NCBI RefSeq assembly: GCF_000007005.1
Contig: NC_002754.1
DNA length: 64,000 nt
Direction: 5' to 3' (one strand)
DNA from: Saccharolobus solfataricus P2
GTDB taxonomy: Archaea; Thermoproteota; Thermoprotei_A; Sulfolobales; Sulfolobaceae
The notes below the pieces were generated by a model. The model was not told the DNA's origin. It was given only the letters and a program-made list of their open reading frames with translations, and did not search any database. How positions within the stretch are numbered: position 1 is the first letter of the stretch; each line of letters opens with the position of its first letter. Both the position numbers and the translations under genes were made by a program. Positions 54,279 to 64,000 of the stretch are shown here, one piece after another.

Positions 54279-54400
54279 GAGAGGATATGTTCACAATTAG
54301 TTAAAAAGCTTACTAAAGGACTAGAAAGAAGGCATGTATATTTTTTAAACCATTACGTAAGTCACCTTTGAGCGCTTGAAAGCACTATAGGACATTAAGC

Positions 54401-54424
54401 TCTGAATTCAAGGAGGAATTCAGA
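54401..54424. terminator. 9-bp perfect stem-loop immediately 3' of the ABC-2 permease gene
   Basis: TCTGAATTC-AAGGAG-GAATTCAGA, 2 nt from the stop codon at 54427. Confidence 0.35.
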
Positions 54425-54426
54425 AA

Positions 54427-55140
54427 CTATTGCCTTCTTATAACATATCTACTTAAAATGACGAAAATGAAACCGAAAATTATTATCCCTAAACTCCATA
54501 GTAAAGATAAAGGATTACCAATGAAAGCGTAGTAAAGGGCTTGAGAGACGTAAGTAGTAGGTTCAATATAAGTCAAATAGCGAAATGGTAATGGTATAAA
54601 GGCTACTGGGAAGTAAACTGGGGCGAAGAAGGAAAGTACGAAGCTTATAATTGTTGAGTATTGATTTACGGCGTATATGTTCCTAATTCCTAAGCCTAAT
54701 GCCATACCTAACATTGAAGCCATAAATAGAGACGATACCAGTGCGATAAGTAGAAAAGGAATTGATTTTATTTCTACATGAAGTAAATAACTACCTAGGA
54801 CTAGGATTATTGGTATCATAATTAGTGTGGCAATACCATTACTAAGAGCTATACTTATTGCATAGAACTCTCTCGGTATACCAGTTGCTATCATCAAGGA
54901 GAATCTGCCAGCATTTCTCTCAAATGCAAGAGATTGAGCAACAGAAGTTAAAACACCAATTGAAACGTAAAACGTTATTGTTCCAGCTACTATGAATGGC
55001 GTCAATGATCTAATTGAGATATATCCAAATACTAGCATAAATCCTATTGGGAAAAGTATTGAGAAGAAGAGAAACACCGGTAAGTACGCCCTTATCATCT
55101 TTAGTTGCATTACAATTAAGTTAAGAAATTCACTCAACAT
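54427..55140 (-). CDS. ABC-2 type permease
   Basis: Six TM segments, FAPVYFPVAFIP…YIEPTTY motif. Confidence 0.9.
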   Translation of the reverse strand: MLSEFLNLIVMQLKMIRAYLPVFLFFSILFPIGFMLVFGYISIRSLTPFIVAGTITFYVSIGVLTSVAQSLAFERNAGRFSLMIATGIPREFYAISIALSNGIATLIMIPIILVLGSYLLHVEIKSIPFLLIALVSSLFMASMLGMALGLGIRNIYAVNQYSTIISFVLSFFAPVYFPVAFIPLPFRYLTYIEPTTYVSQALYYAFIGNPLSLLWSLGIIIFGFIFVILSRYVIRRQ

Positions 55141-55957
55141 CCTTCATCACTTGAAGATATATTTCCTCTAAACTAGGCATTCTAACTTCAAATTTGCCGT
55201 TAATTGTCATTATGATTTTCTTGAGCTCCTCCTCACCCTTCACCTTATAGACCTTACCGTTAGTATAATCAATTACCTCGTACCAATCAGCGAATTTCTC
55301 CTTTATTTGTGTAGGTGTTCCCTCAACTATAATCTTCCTGCTTAGAAAATATATCTTATCGGCTAGTCTCTCTGCCTCATCCAAATAGTGAGTAGTAAGT
55401 AACATGCTCTGACCCTCCTTTCTCATGTTAAGCAATATTTCCCACACCTCCCTTCTAGCTTCAGGATCTAAACCAGTCGTGGGTTCATCAAGTATTAGGA
55501 GTTTAGGATTATTTATCAAAGCCATTGCGATTAGAGTTCTCCTCTTTAAACCTCCAGATAGATCCCTAGCCAGAGTGTTCCTTTTACTTCTCAAATCCAA
55601 TCTTTCCAATAATTCCTCTCCTCTCTTCTTAATTTCATCCTTAGAAGCTCCCTTTAATCTCCCCATGTAATATATATTATCCCATACTGTTAGATCACCA
55701 TAGGGCTCACATTCTTGCGGGATTACTCCTAAGAATTTCTTAACGTGTCTATCAGTTGGTTTCTTACCTAGAACCCTTATTTCACCCTTAGTTGGGGTTA
55801 ACTCACCGTAAATTTGCTTAACGAGGGTCGTCTTACCAGCGCCATTGGGTCCCAATAACGCTACTATTTCTCCCTCTTTAACTCTCATCGTAATGTCCTC
55901 ATTTGCAATAATCTTACCATAAGCCTTCCATACGTTATTTACCTCAATGACATACAT
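55130..55957 (-). CDS. ABC ATPase (DrrA-like)
   Basis: GPNGAGKTT, LSGGLKRR, LDEPTTGLDP, TTHYLDEAE. Confidence 0.93.
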   Translation of the reverse strand: MYVIEVNNVWKAYGKIIANEDITMRVKEGEIVALLGPNGAGKTTLVKQIYGELTPTKGEIRVLGKKPTDRHVKKFLGVIPQECEPYGDLTVWDNIYYMGRLKGASKDEIKKRGEELLERLDLRSKRNTLARDLSGGLKRRTLIAMALINNPKLLILDEPTTGLDPEARREVWEILLNMRKEGQSMLLTTHYLDEAERLADKIYFLSRKIIVEGTPTQIKEKFADWYEVIDYTNGKVYKVKGEEELKKIIMTINGKFEVRMPSLEEIYLQVMKDVE

Positions 55958-56008
55958 TACAATCCTTTTTTCTGATTGAGTCCTTTTAAATTTTTCGTTA
56001 ATAGTTAA

Positions 56009-57337
<1,329 letters not shown>

Positions 57338-57340
57338 AAA

Positions 57341-58437
57341 ATGAGGACTTTAGTAGGAAGTATACTCTTAACAATTTCCCAATGGTACGCCTTCTTTTTA
57401 TTTTCCCAGCTCTCTTTCATAGAATTTAACGTTATAATTGGCTCAATAATTTTCGTTCTGGGTTTTATAGCAAGAATGTTAGGAAGCATAATATTTGGTT
57501 ATATAGGGGATTAGGGTAAATAGGAGAGTTGCCTTAATCTTAGCTGACATTACGTTAGCAGTTTCATCCCTAATAGTGTTGATACCTAATGTCTATCCTT
57601 TAATTATTTCAAGACTTTTGCAAGGTCTTAGTTTAGGCGGGGAATGGGGTGGAGCTAGTACTATCGTCATAGAAGCGTATTCTGAACATAAATTTAGAGG
57701 GTTTATTACAAGTTTATTGCAATTATCAGTCCCAATTGGCATTATATTATCTTCACTCACTATCCTAGTAATCTATAATTACTCTGTTTACTGGCCTTAC
57801 TCATTTCTCTCAATAACCTTCCTATCGCTTCTCTCATTATTGTTAGTCAAGGATATAACTACGCAAAAGGTGACTAGAAGTGAAACACAACCACTATTAG
57901 AAGCAAAGAGACATGATTGGAAGAATATTTTAAAATCAATAGGGATTAAAGTGAGTGAAAGTGCAAACTTCTATATTTTTACCTCATATATTTTCACAAA
58001 CTCATCCTCAATTTCCTTCCTCTCGTTAATAGTACTAATCTCTATTTCCTTTCAGCTCTTCCTAAATCCCATTCTTTGGCTACCTAAGTGATCTATTTGG
58101 AAGGAGGAAGGTCGTAATTATTGGGTTAATACTAATGATCCTAGCCGGTATTGTGCTATCAAGAAGAAATTTCCTTCCAGGGGAAATACTGATGTCAATT
58201 TCGGATTCAGCTTTATATGCCCCACAATCCTCAATATTTACTGAAATATTTGATAAAAAATACAGATTCACGGTCTCAAATTTTTCCTATCAAGCAGCAA
58301 GTATACTAGGTGGTTCACTAGCACCAGTAATACTAAGAGCTAATCAATCTTCACTAGTGCTAGTCACATTATCATACGTTCTGGTGACGTTTATAAGTGT
58401 ATTGCTGATTGCAGAAACTAAGGGGAAGAAAATCTAA
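57341..58437 (+). pseudogene. MHS-family MFS transporter with two +1 frameshifts
   Basis: ATG 57341 MRTLVGSILLTISQWYAFF…GFIARMLGSIIFGYIGD; shift at gggGATTAGG (~57510); continues …SRLLQGLSLGGEWGGA…; second shift near 58066 restores PFFGYLSDLFGRRK. Confidence 0.85.
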
Positions 58438-59463
58438 TCAATCCCTCCTTATCACAGCTGTCATACAATGAATCCCACCGGCACCACCAGTCAAATTTGA
58501 AACTTCAACCTCTATTACATCATACTCTTTTTCAAGCTTCCTATTTGCGGAAATTTTAGGAGAGACAATCTTACCGTCGTCTATGGTCAAAAAATTAGTT
58601 ACATACTTTTTTGCCTCATCCACACTCACTTCAATTAAATTAAATCCCTTTTCTTTAACCACGTAATCGTATAACGTAGTCTCCCTTATGATCTTCCTAT
58701 CGTAATAGACAGCAACCCTACTCTCTTCCATGAAACTCCTAACACTAACTACTGAACTAGAAGATCCAACATTGAAGAAAGTATCCAAATGAATGAACTC
58801 TTCCCTATTCCAATGAATTATACCTATCTCTCCTCCATTCAAAATATTAAATAACTCACTTACACCCTCTAAATCAGTTCTAACTCCAACACCTACCAGA
58901 TTGAAATCACCCATTGGAAAGAAATCTCCACCTTCAAATTTACCTCTACCTATTTCCTTATATTTTATATTTAACGCTTCCCAAAACAACTTCATAACTT
59001 CAACTTCTTTTTCTCTCTGATGTGTAGCCATCCTTCCCATTATTATTCCTTTTTCCGTAGTAATCTGTTGATCCCTCATGAAATAGAGATTGGAAAGAGG
59101 GTCAGTCAGTTTAACCTCTAAGTGTGTACCTTTATCCCTCTTCTCGTAACCAAGAATAGGTCTTAAGATCAACAACTCGACAAGGAATTCGGGATCATCA
59201 TTATTAACTCCAACTTTTTCTATCACCTTCTCCCTAAATCTATCGTCTCTTCTAATCTTGTTCACAATTGTTTGTCTTAGCCTATATATTTTAACTCCTT
59301 CCTCTTTTAACACTCTTCTAAGATTATCATGTTCTCTCCTAGCTTTACTCCAATTGAATTGCCTTTCATAAAGGAAAGATGAGGGATCTAAAAGACCCAG
59401 CATTACCTCTAAGCCAGGCTTATGCATTCCTACAGCTCTAAGCTTTCCCCACTCAGCAATCAT
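58438..59463 (-). CDS. Arginine deiminase / amidinotransferase family protein
   Basis: NLYFMRDQ, FEGGD, IHLDT, GGIHCMT catalytic motifs. Confidence 0.87.
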   Translation of the reverse strand: MIAEWGKLRAVGMHKPGLEVMLGLLDPSSFLYERQFNWSKARREHDNLRRVLKEEGVKIYRLRQTIVNKIRRDDRFREKVIEKVGVNNDDPEFLVELLILRPILGYEKRDKGTHLEVKLTDPLSNLYFMRDQQITTEKGIIMGRMATHQREKEVEVMKLFWEALNIKYKEIGRGKFEGGDFFPMGDFNLVGVGVRTDLEGVSELFNILNGGEIGIIHWNREEFIHLDTFFNVGSSSSVVSVRSFMEESRVAVYYDRKIIRETTLYDYVVKEKGFNLIEVSVDEAKKYVTNFLTIDDGKIVSPKISANRKLEKEYDVIEVEVSNLTGGAGGIHCMTAVIRRD

Positions 59464-59494
59464 TAGAATAAAATCGGCGTGAATCTAAATAAAA

Positions 59495-59908
59495 TTAAGG
59501 AGATAAACTAAGGGTAGCATTTAATATCATTTCCAGTGCGTGCTCAGTACCTTCCATGAAGTGATCTCTATTCCAACCCTCTGTTAGTTTTAAAAGACCA
59601 GTCATAGTAACCTTCCATTCAGAAGAGATTTTCCCTTTAGAGATTTTCACCTTATTATATCCCCTTATTGGTCCGTCTAGATATTCAAAGGTTAAGGTTC
59701 TCTCATCGTCATTTATGATTATCCTAACTTTACCCGAAGAGGGAAACGCAAACCTGATTCTTCCCTCGTAAACATTCTTATCCACTTCCTTAACGTTTAA
59801 TTCCCTAACACCCTTCCAGTAGTTTGGAATTGAATTTACATCTCTGGCTATCCGCCATACTATATCCTCTGGCATATTGAAACTCTTCTCAATTACGAAC
59901 TCTATCAT
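59495..59908 (-). CDS. SRPBCC/START-domain protein
   Basis: VWRIARDVNSIPNYWKGV…FEYLDGP; ATG at 59908 preferred. Confidence 0.8.
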   Translation of the reverse strand: MIEFVIEKSFNMPEDIVWRIARDVNSIPNYWKGVRELNVKEVDKNVYEGRIRFAFPSSGKVRIIINDDERTLTFEYLDGPIRGYNKVKISKGKISSEWKVTMTGLLKLTEGWNRDHFMEGTEHALEMILNATLSLSP

Positions 59909-59949
59909 AATGATAATAATCTCGCTCAAGGATAAAAACATTTAATAAA

Positions 59950-60234
59950 GTGATAGGTGGTTACGCTCACGGATTGGAAGATCTAGGAAGAATAGTTGTA
60001 GCCCATATAATGAGTCAAGAGCCCTTAATAATTTCTAGAGATAATGGGATTAGTTGGGATAAGGTAAGTGTAAAGTTGCCAAGACCCACATTTGGTGTAA
60101 CAGCAATAGCTAAAAAGGATGAGAGAAAGGTAATTTACTCCACTACTGCAGTATACGAGGTCGATATAATAGAACAAAAGCCTATAGAGTTAGTTAAAGA
60201 GATACCAATGACGAGAAGAGTAATAAAGGTTTAA
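59950..60234 (+). pseudogene. Fragment of an Asp-box/BNR beta-propeller protein
   Basis: ISRDNGISW Asp-box; only 94 aa and no convincing start. Confidence 0.45.
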
Positions 60235-60542
60235 TCATAAGACGATGAAGCTTATGTATAAAAGGAAAAATTTAAATTCCAAAAAGCGAAATTAATAATT
60301 TAAGATAGAGATTTTACAACAAAAATTATTTTTTAAAATTTTTCTGTGAGCCATTCTTGTTTTCCATAATACCGGCTTCATAGTTCAGTTTCTCGTTAAC
60401 TATTTGCTTATATGTGAGATCTTAAAGCTATAAACTTTTTATTATATTGATTTTAGTGTAAACTCTCAATTTCCAAGAAATCTATTTCATTCAAATACTC
60501 ATATTTATTGGAGTCCTCACGTTTGTGACTATTGACCAAAAA

Positions 60543-60683
60543 ATGAGAGTAAACATGTACACGTTAGCCTCAAGTCAAGTAGTAAGGTATGCAATAATAA
60601 TAGCAGCAGCATCCCTACCATTAATCCTTGCAGCACTACATGTAACACACGCTGGAGAATCAATAGCACCAGGTACTGTTTAG
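60543..60683 (+). CDS. Unannotated 46-aa putative secreted peptide precursor
   Basis: MRVNMYTLASSQVVRYAIIIAAASLPLILAALHVTHAGESIAPGTV*; 28 of 46 codons end in A; hydrophobic core followed by a T-H-A SPase-I-type site; followed by a T-run. Below the ORF-track length cutoff. Confidence 0.65.
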   Translation: MRVNMYTLASSQVVRYAIIIAAASLPLILAALHVTHAGESIAPGTV

Positions 60684-60690
60684 ATACGTT

Positions 60691-60708
60691 AAATTCTTTT
60701 TAGAATTT
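60691..60708 (+). terminator. T-rich inverted repeat downstream of the small peptide ORF
   Basis: AAATTCT-TTTT-AGAATTT, 7 nt after TAG; includes TTCTTTTT, typical of Sulfolobus terminators. Confidence 0.45.
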
Positions 60709-60747
60709 TGAAGATACTATTTTTATGTATTCTCACTACTTATTCTG

Positions 60748-61818
60748 TTGAGTATGATAGATTCTACTGTTATACAAAAACTTACGAAATCATTGCATTA
60801 CGTTCAGAGGTTTGGTGACCATAATCACGAGTTGCTGGGTGAGTTAACTGGGTTAGAAAACGTTAGGAATGTCTTATCTAATCTTAAAGTATTGGTTATT
60901 CCGTCTCCCAAACTTGATTCTCTAGGATTATCGCTCTTTCATACTACTATTAAGTTGACAAGGAATTCTAAGGTCCAACCTTTAGATTTCTATTACCTAC
61001 TTGATGGCATGGTGGTTGCGTCATTGAGGGATGTTTTGACTAGTGATACTATAGTTTTGGATGTTGTGTTTCCTAGGGGTAGGTGGGATTTTGTTCAAAT
61101 TTTAGAGATGATGAGTAGGGGGGGATTAATTGATAATTATAAGACTTACTTGGAGTATAGGAGGGAGGTTTATCCAGTTGATTATTCAACTTTTAATTTC
61201 GATACTTTGACTTTTGAAAGGGTTATACTGGATAAGCCTAGGGAACCTTTCCAATTGCCGGATCTTACTGACGATTTTAAGCCGGACTGGATTGACGTTT
61301 ATACACTTGGAAAGAAACAAGAGAATCCTTTAAGGTCGTGGGATGAGATAGCAGAATCTATAGGTTTAACATCAGATGAAGTAGTAGATCATTATTTTAA
61401 TCACGTTGTTGGTAAGGGTTTGGTGGATGCGTTTTACACTTATTTAGGTAAGACTGACTTTAGAATGTCGTTGATCGTAAACGATACTAATGAGGAGATT
61501 ACTAGGGAGTTGAGTAGGATTGTTACACTTCTAAGAATATCTTATTTACATAACGATAAAATATACGCATTTATTGTTGGGCAAAGACATACATTGATAG
61601 ATATCATGGAGTTCATTAATAAACTATCCTCAGCATACCATTTTTCATATGAAATTTACGTCCATCCAATTACGCCTTTAAGGGATTTCGTTAGAACGTA
61701 TTCAATACCTTACGAACACTTCACAAAGGACAATAAGTGGTCAATTACGCTTAAAGAGTTAAAGGAGAACTTTGAGAAGGAATTGAGTAGAGTATTAGAA
61801 GAAAGGAAAAACACCTAA
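60748..61818 (+). CDS. Tandem Lrp/AsnC-like (wHTH + ligand-domain) x2 transcriptional regulator
   Basis: Second HTH PLRSWDEIAESIGLTSDEVVDHYFNHVVGKGLV; degenerate first HTH followed by an Lrp-like 'P…DSLGL' linker; TTG start ~25 nt after TTTTAT. Confidence 0.6.
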   Translation: MSMIDSTVIQKLTKSLHYVQRFGDHNHELLGELTGLENVRNVLSNLKVLVIPSPKLDSLGLSLFHTTIKLTRNSKVQPLDFYYLLDGMVVASLRDVLTSDTIVLDVVFPRGRWDFVQILEMMSRGGLIDNYKTYLEYRREVYPVDYSTFNFDTLTFERVILDKPREPFQLPDLTDDFKPDWIDVYTLGKKQENPLRSWDEIAESIGLTSDEVVDHYFNHVVGKGLVDAFYTYLGKTDFRMSLIVNDTNEEITRELSRIVTLLRISYLHNDKIYAFIVGQRHTLIDIMEFINKLSSAYHFSYEIYVHPITPLRDFVRTYSIPYEHFTKDNKWSITLKELKENFEKELSRVLEERKNT

Positions 61819-61958
61819 AAAATGCTATGGTAGTATATATTTACCACCGAAAACTTCTCGCATCAAAGGCTGGGAAAAGTCAAAATAGAAGAAAGTATTA
61901 ATATAAAGAAGAAGTTGGAGTTAGCAATCTTTTTATTTGACTAAAATTATATCATAAT

Positions 61959-63335
61959 ATGACTGATCTGCAATCTCTTTACGATAAGTTCAGATACCCT
62001 TACGTGGAGGTTAGGAGACATATCGTATCGACGTTTGGGATGTCTTTTCTTAATGGCAGATTAATGGGATCGTTTAGGTTTACAGATGATGGCTATTCAG
62101 TTAGGTATTACAAGGATGGCGTGTTATATTTTGCTTCATCAAATAATCCCAATGATCTACTGAGCAGCAACAAGGAGTATAAGATAGAGGGGTGGGAGAG
62201 CGGTTTAGATAATACTGAACCTAAGGAGGGTAGTTATGAGGTTAAAGAGGGTAAACCTTTTGATCTCATGTCAGTTGACGAGAAGATAAGCTTCTTCAAG
62301 AACCTATACGAGGCTGTAAAGGACTTCCGTTCAGTCAAAAGCGTTTCATTTTTCTATGACGAAAGTATTGAGGAGAAGGAGATTATTGTCAATGGTTCAC
62401 GTATAGTTGGAAGGGTTCCTAGGCTTTACGTAGGAATGAACTTAGTCCTTAACGAGAACAATAGGACGGCTACTGCGTTTTACGAACTTGGAGGAAGTGG
62501 TGGGCTGGAAGTATTAGAGAGGATGAATTTGAATGAGGTCGTAGTGGACAAGGTTAGATCTGTTACTGAGGTCTTGGCTAAGGGTAAGAGCTTTGGTGAG
62601 CGGACTACTGATGTAGTTTTGAGTAATATGTTAACAGGTATAATGGCTCATGAATCTGTTGGGCATCCATTTGAGGCCGATAGAGTTTTGGGTAGGGAAT
62701 TCGCCCAGGCTGGTTTGAGTTATCTAGCCGAATTGAAGGATAATAGGATAGGTAGCGATGTCGTTACTGTTATAGATGATCCTACAATACCGAACAGTGG
62801 CGGTTATTACACAACAGACGATGAGGGTGTTGAAGCTAGACCTAAATACTTAATTAAGGATGGTAAGGTTAACGAATATTTACAAAATAGGTTTAGTAGT
62901 AGTAAATTTAACGTTAAGAGTAATGGCTCGGCCAGGGCTGCGAATTTCGATAGGGAACCTTTAATTAGGATGTCTAATACTTTCTTTAAACCTGGTAACA
63001 TGACCTTTGATGAGCTTTTGGAAGACGTCAAGGAAGGCGTTTATATAAAGAGTTACATGGAGTGGAATATTGATGATATGAGACTAGGTCAACGATATGT
63101 TGGGTTGGAAGCTTATGAGATTAAGAACGGAAAGATTGGTGATCCAGTGCTATTCCCGGTTTTTCAAGGGAAGACTACTGAATTGTTAAAGGCAGTTGAT
63201 GCAGTTGACAATACTTTAGTATTTTATCCGGGTACTTGTGGCAAGGGTGATCCGGATCAAGGTATACCCGTTTGGCTAGGTGGGCCTAATATGAGATTGA
63301 GAAATGTTAGGATTAAGGTGATGGGAAATGAATGA
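61959..63335 (+). CDS. tldD: TldD-family metalloprotease
   Basis: AHESVGHPFEADR (HExxxH), DDEGV, RMSNTFF, CGKG. Confidence 0.93.
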   Translation: MTDLQSLYDKFRYPYVEVRRHIVSTFGMSFLNGRLMGSFRFTDDGYSVRYYKDGVLYFASSNNPNDLLSSNKEYKIEGWESGLDNTEPKEGSYEVKEGKPFDLMSVDEKISFFKNLYEAVKDFRSVKSVSFFYDESIEEKEIIVNGSRIVGRVPRLYVGMNLVLNENNRTATAFYELGGSGGLEVLERMNLNEVVVDKVRSVTEVLAKGKSFGERTTDVVLSNMLTGIMAHESVGHPFEADRVLGREFAQAGLSYLAELKDNRIGSDVVTVIDDPTIPNSGGYYTTDDEGVEARPKYLIKDGKVNEYLQNRFSSSKFNVKSNGSARAANFDREPLIRMSNTFFKPGNMTFDELLEDVKEGVYIKSYMEWNIDDMRLGQRYVGLEAYEIKNGKIGDPVLFPVFQGKTTELLKAVDAVDNTLVFYPGTCGKGDPDQGIPVWLGGPNMRLRNVRIKVMGNE

Positions 63336-64000
63336 GGAAATGGTAAAATACGTGCAAGAAGTAAAGGGAGAAGAAGTAGGACTATTGAGAGTGAAGACAA
63401 GGAGGATAATCATTAAGCTAGTTGAGAGTAAGGTAGCTACAATACAGAGAATGACTAACAGCTACTATTTCCTAGCGTTAAAGAAGGATAGCCAGGGGTT
63501 CTTGGGTAGGATAAACAATTTAAATGAAAAACCTAAACTAACTCCAGTAGACTTCTTCCCTATTATGAGTAAAAATGAGCGGGAATACAAAATGGTTAAG
63601 AATAACACTAACATTTTATCACTATTTGACGATTTATCACCTCTTTTATCTCTCATACAGTCGGAATATCCCCTTTACGGTATTATATCAATAGATGATG
63701 TGGAAAGATCCTTGGTTACATCTAAGGGATTCAACGGAACGGAAAGCAATCTGAGCATAAGCGGTTACTTTAGGGCTAAGAATAAAGAACATAGCGGACA
63801 GTGGGCTTTCTCGTCAACTAGCTTCTCCTCCTCTCAAGTTAAGGATAGTATAAAGAAGGCTAATGAGTTGGCATCGATTACTGGCAAATACGAGATTACC
63901 GAAGGTAAATATGATGTAATCCTCTCTCCTTTAGTAATGGGTAATTTAATGGAGAGTGTTGCGAGGATGGCTTCTGGATATGCGATAATGTCTGGTATGT
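63328..64000 (+). CDS. tldE: TldE/PmbA-family subunit (partial, runs off window end)
   Basis: Open frame from ATG 63328 overlapping the tldD stop: …SGYFRAK…SGQWA…EGKYDVILSPLVMGNL…. Confidence 0.85.
   Translation, partial: MNEEMVKYVQEVKGEEVGLLRVKTRRIIIKLVESKVATIQRMTNSYYFLALKKDSQGFLGRINNLNEKPKLTPVDFFPIMSKNEREYKMVKNNTNILSLFDDLSPLLSLIQSEYPLYGIISIDDVERSLVTSKGFNGTESNLSISGYFRAKNKEHSGQWAFSSTSFSSSQVKDSIKKANELASITGKYEITEGKYDVILSPLVMGNLMESVARMASGYAIMSGM

Noticed and set aside
60543-60683. Reading the small peptide as a type IV pilin or a RiPP core
   Set aside because: No [KR][GA]|hydrophobic class III site before the hydrophobic helix, and no YcaO, radical SAM or LanM modifying genes adjacent within the window.

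Overview
AT-rich crenarchaeal chromosome segment from the Sulfolobales; gene content and sequences look like Saccharolobus solfataricus (from memory, roughly the SSO107x-SSO115x region, not verified). From left to right it holds: a nested, decaying IS cluster (an IS607-family tnpA/tnpB element inserted into an IS110-family pseudogene, plus an orphan tnpB-type right end); fumarase; a MacB/LolD-type ABC module with a MarR regulator; a convergently encoded CoA-transferase pair; trm10; the vWA2/ArnA(FHA)/PPP-phosphatase/ArnB signalling cluster; fau-1 and aconitase. A ~22 kb sulfur/lipoate island follows: three Lrs14-family regulators, LbpA, two TusA-family proteins, lipoate ligase, LipS1/LipS2, an M23-like protein, an HDAC-family enzyme, a repeat-containing DUF1641 protein, dihydrolipoamide dehydrogenase, DsrE3A/DsrE2B and sHdrC1B1A-H-C2B2. 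The right part has transporters, an S53 protease, trpB2, a frameshifted MFS gene and an arginine-deiminase-family gene. The best candidate for an undescribed system is at 60.5-64 kb. An unannotated 46-codon ORF encodes a signal-peptide-like leader plus a 9-residue tail (GESIAPGTV). It is followed on the same strand by a tandem Lrp-like regulator and a TldD/TldE peptidase pair, an arrangement reminiscent of bacterial peptide-signalling cassettes. Also notable are a TusA paralogue with a SoxY-like C-terminal GGC tail and two putative Zn hydrolases appended to the lipoate-assembly operon. No rRNA, tRNA or CRISPR array was seen. All family assignments come from motif recognition by eye; no database searches were run.
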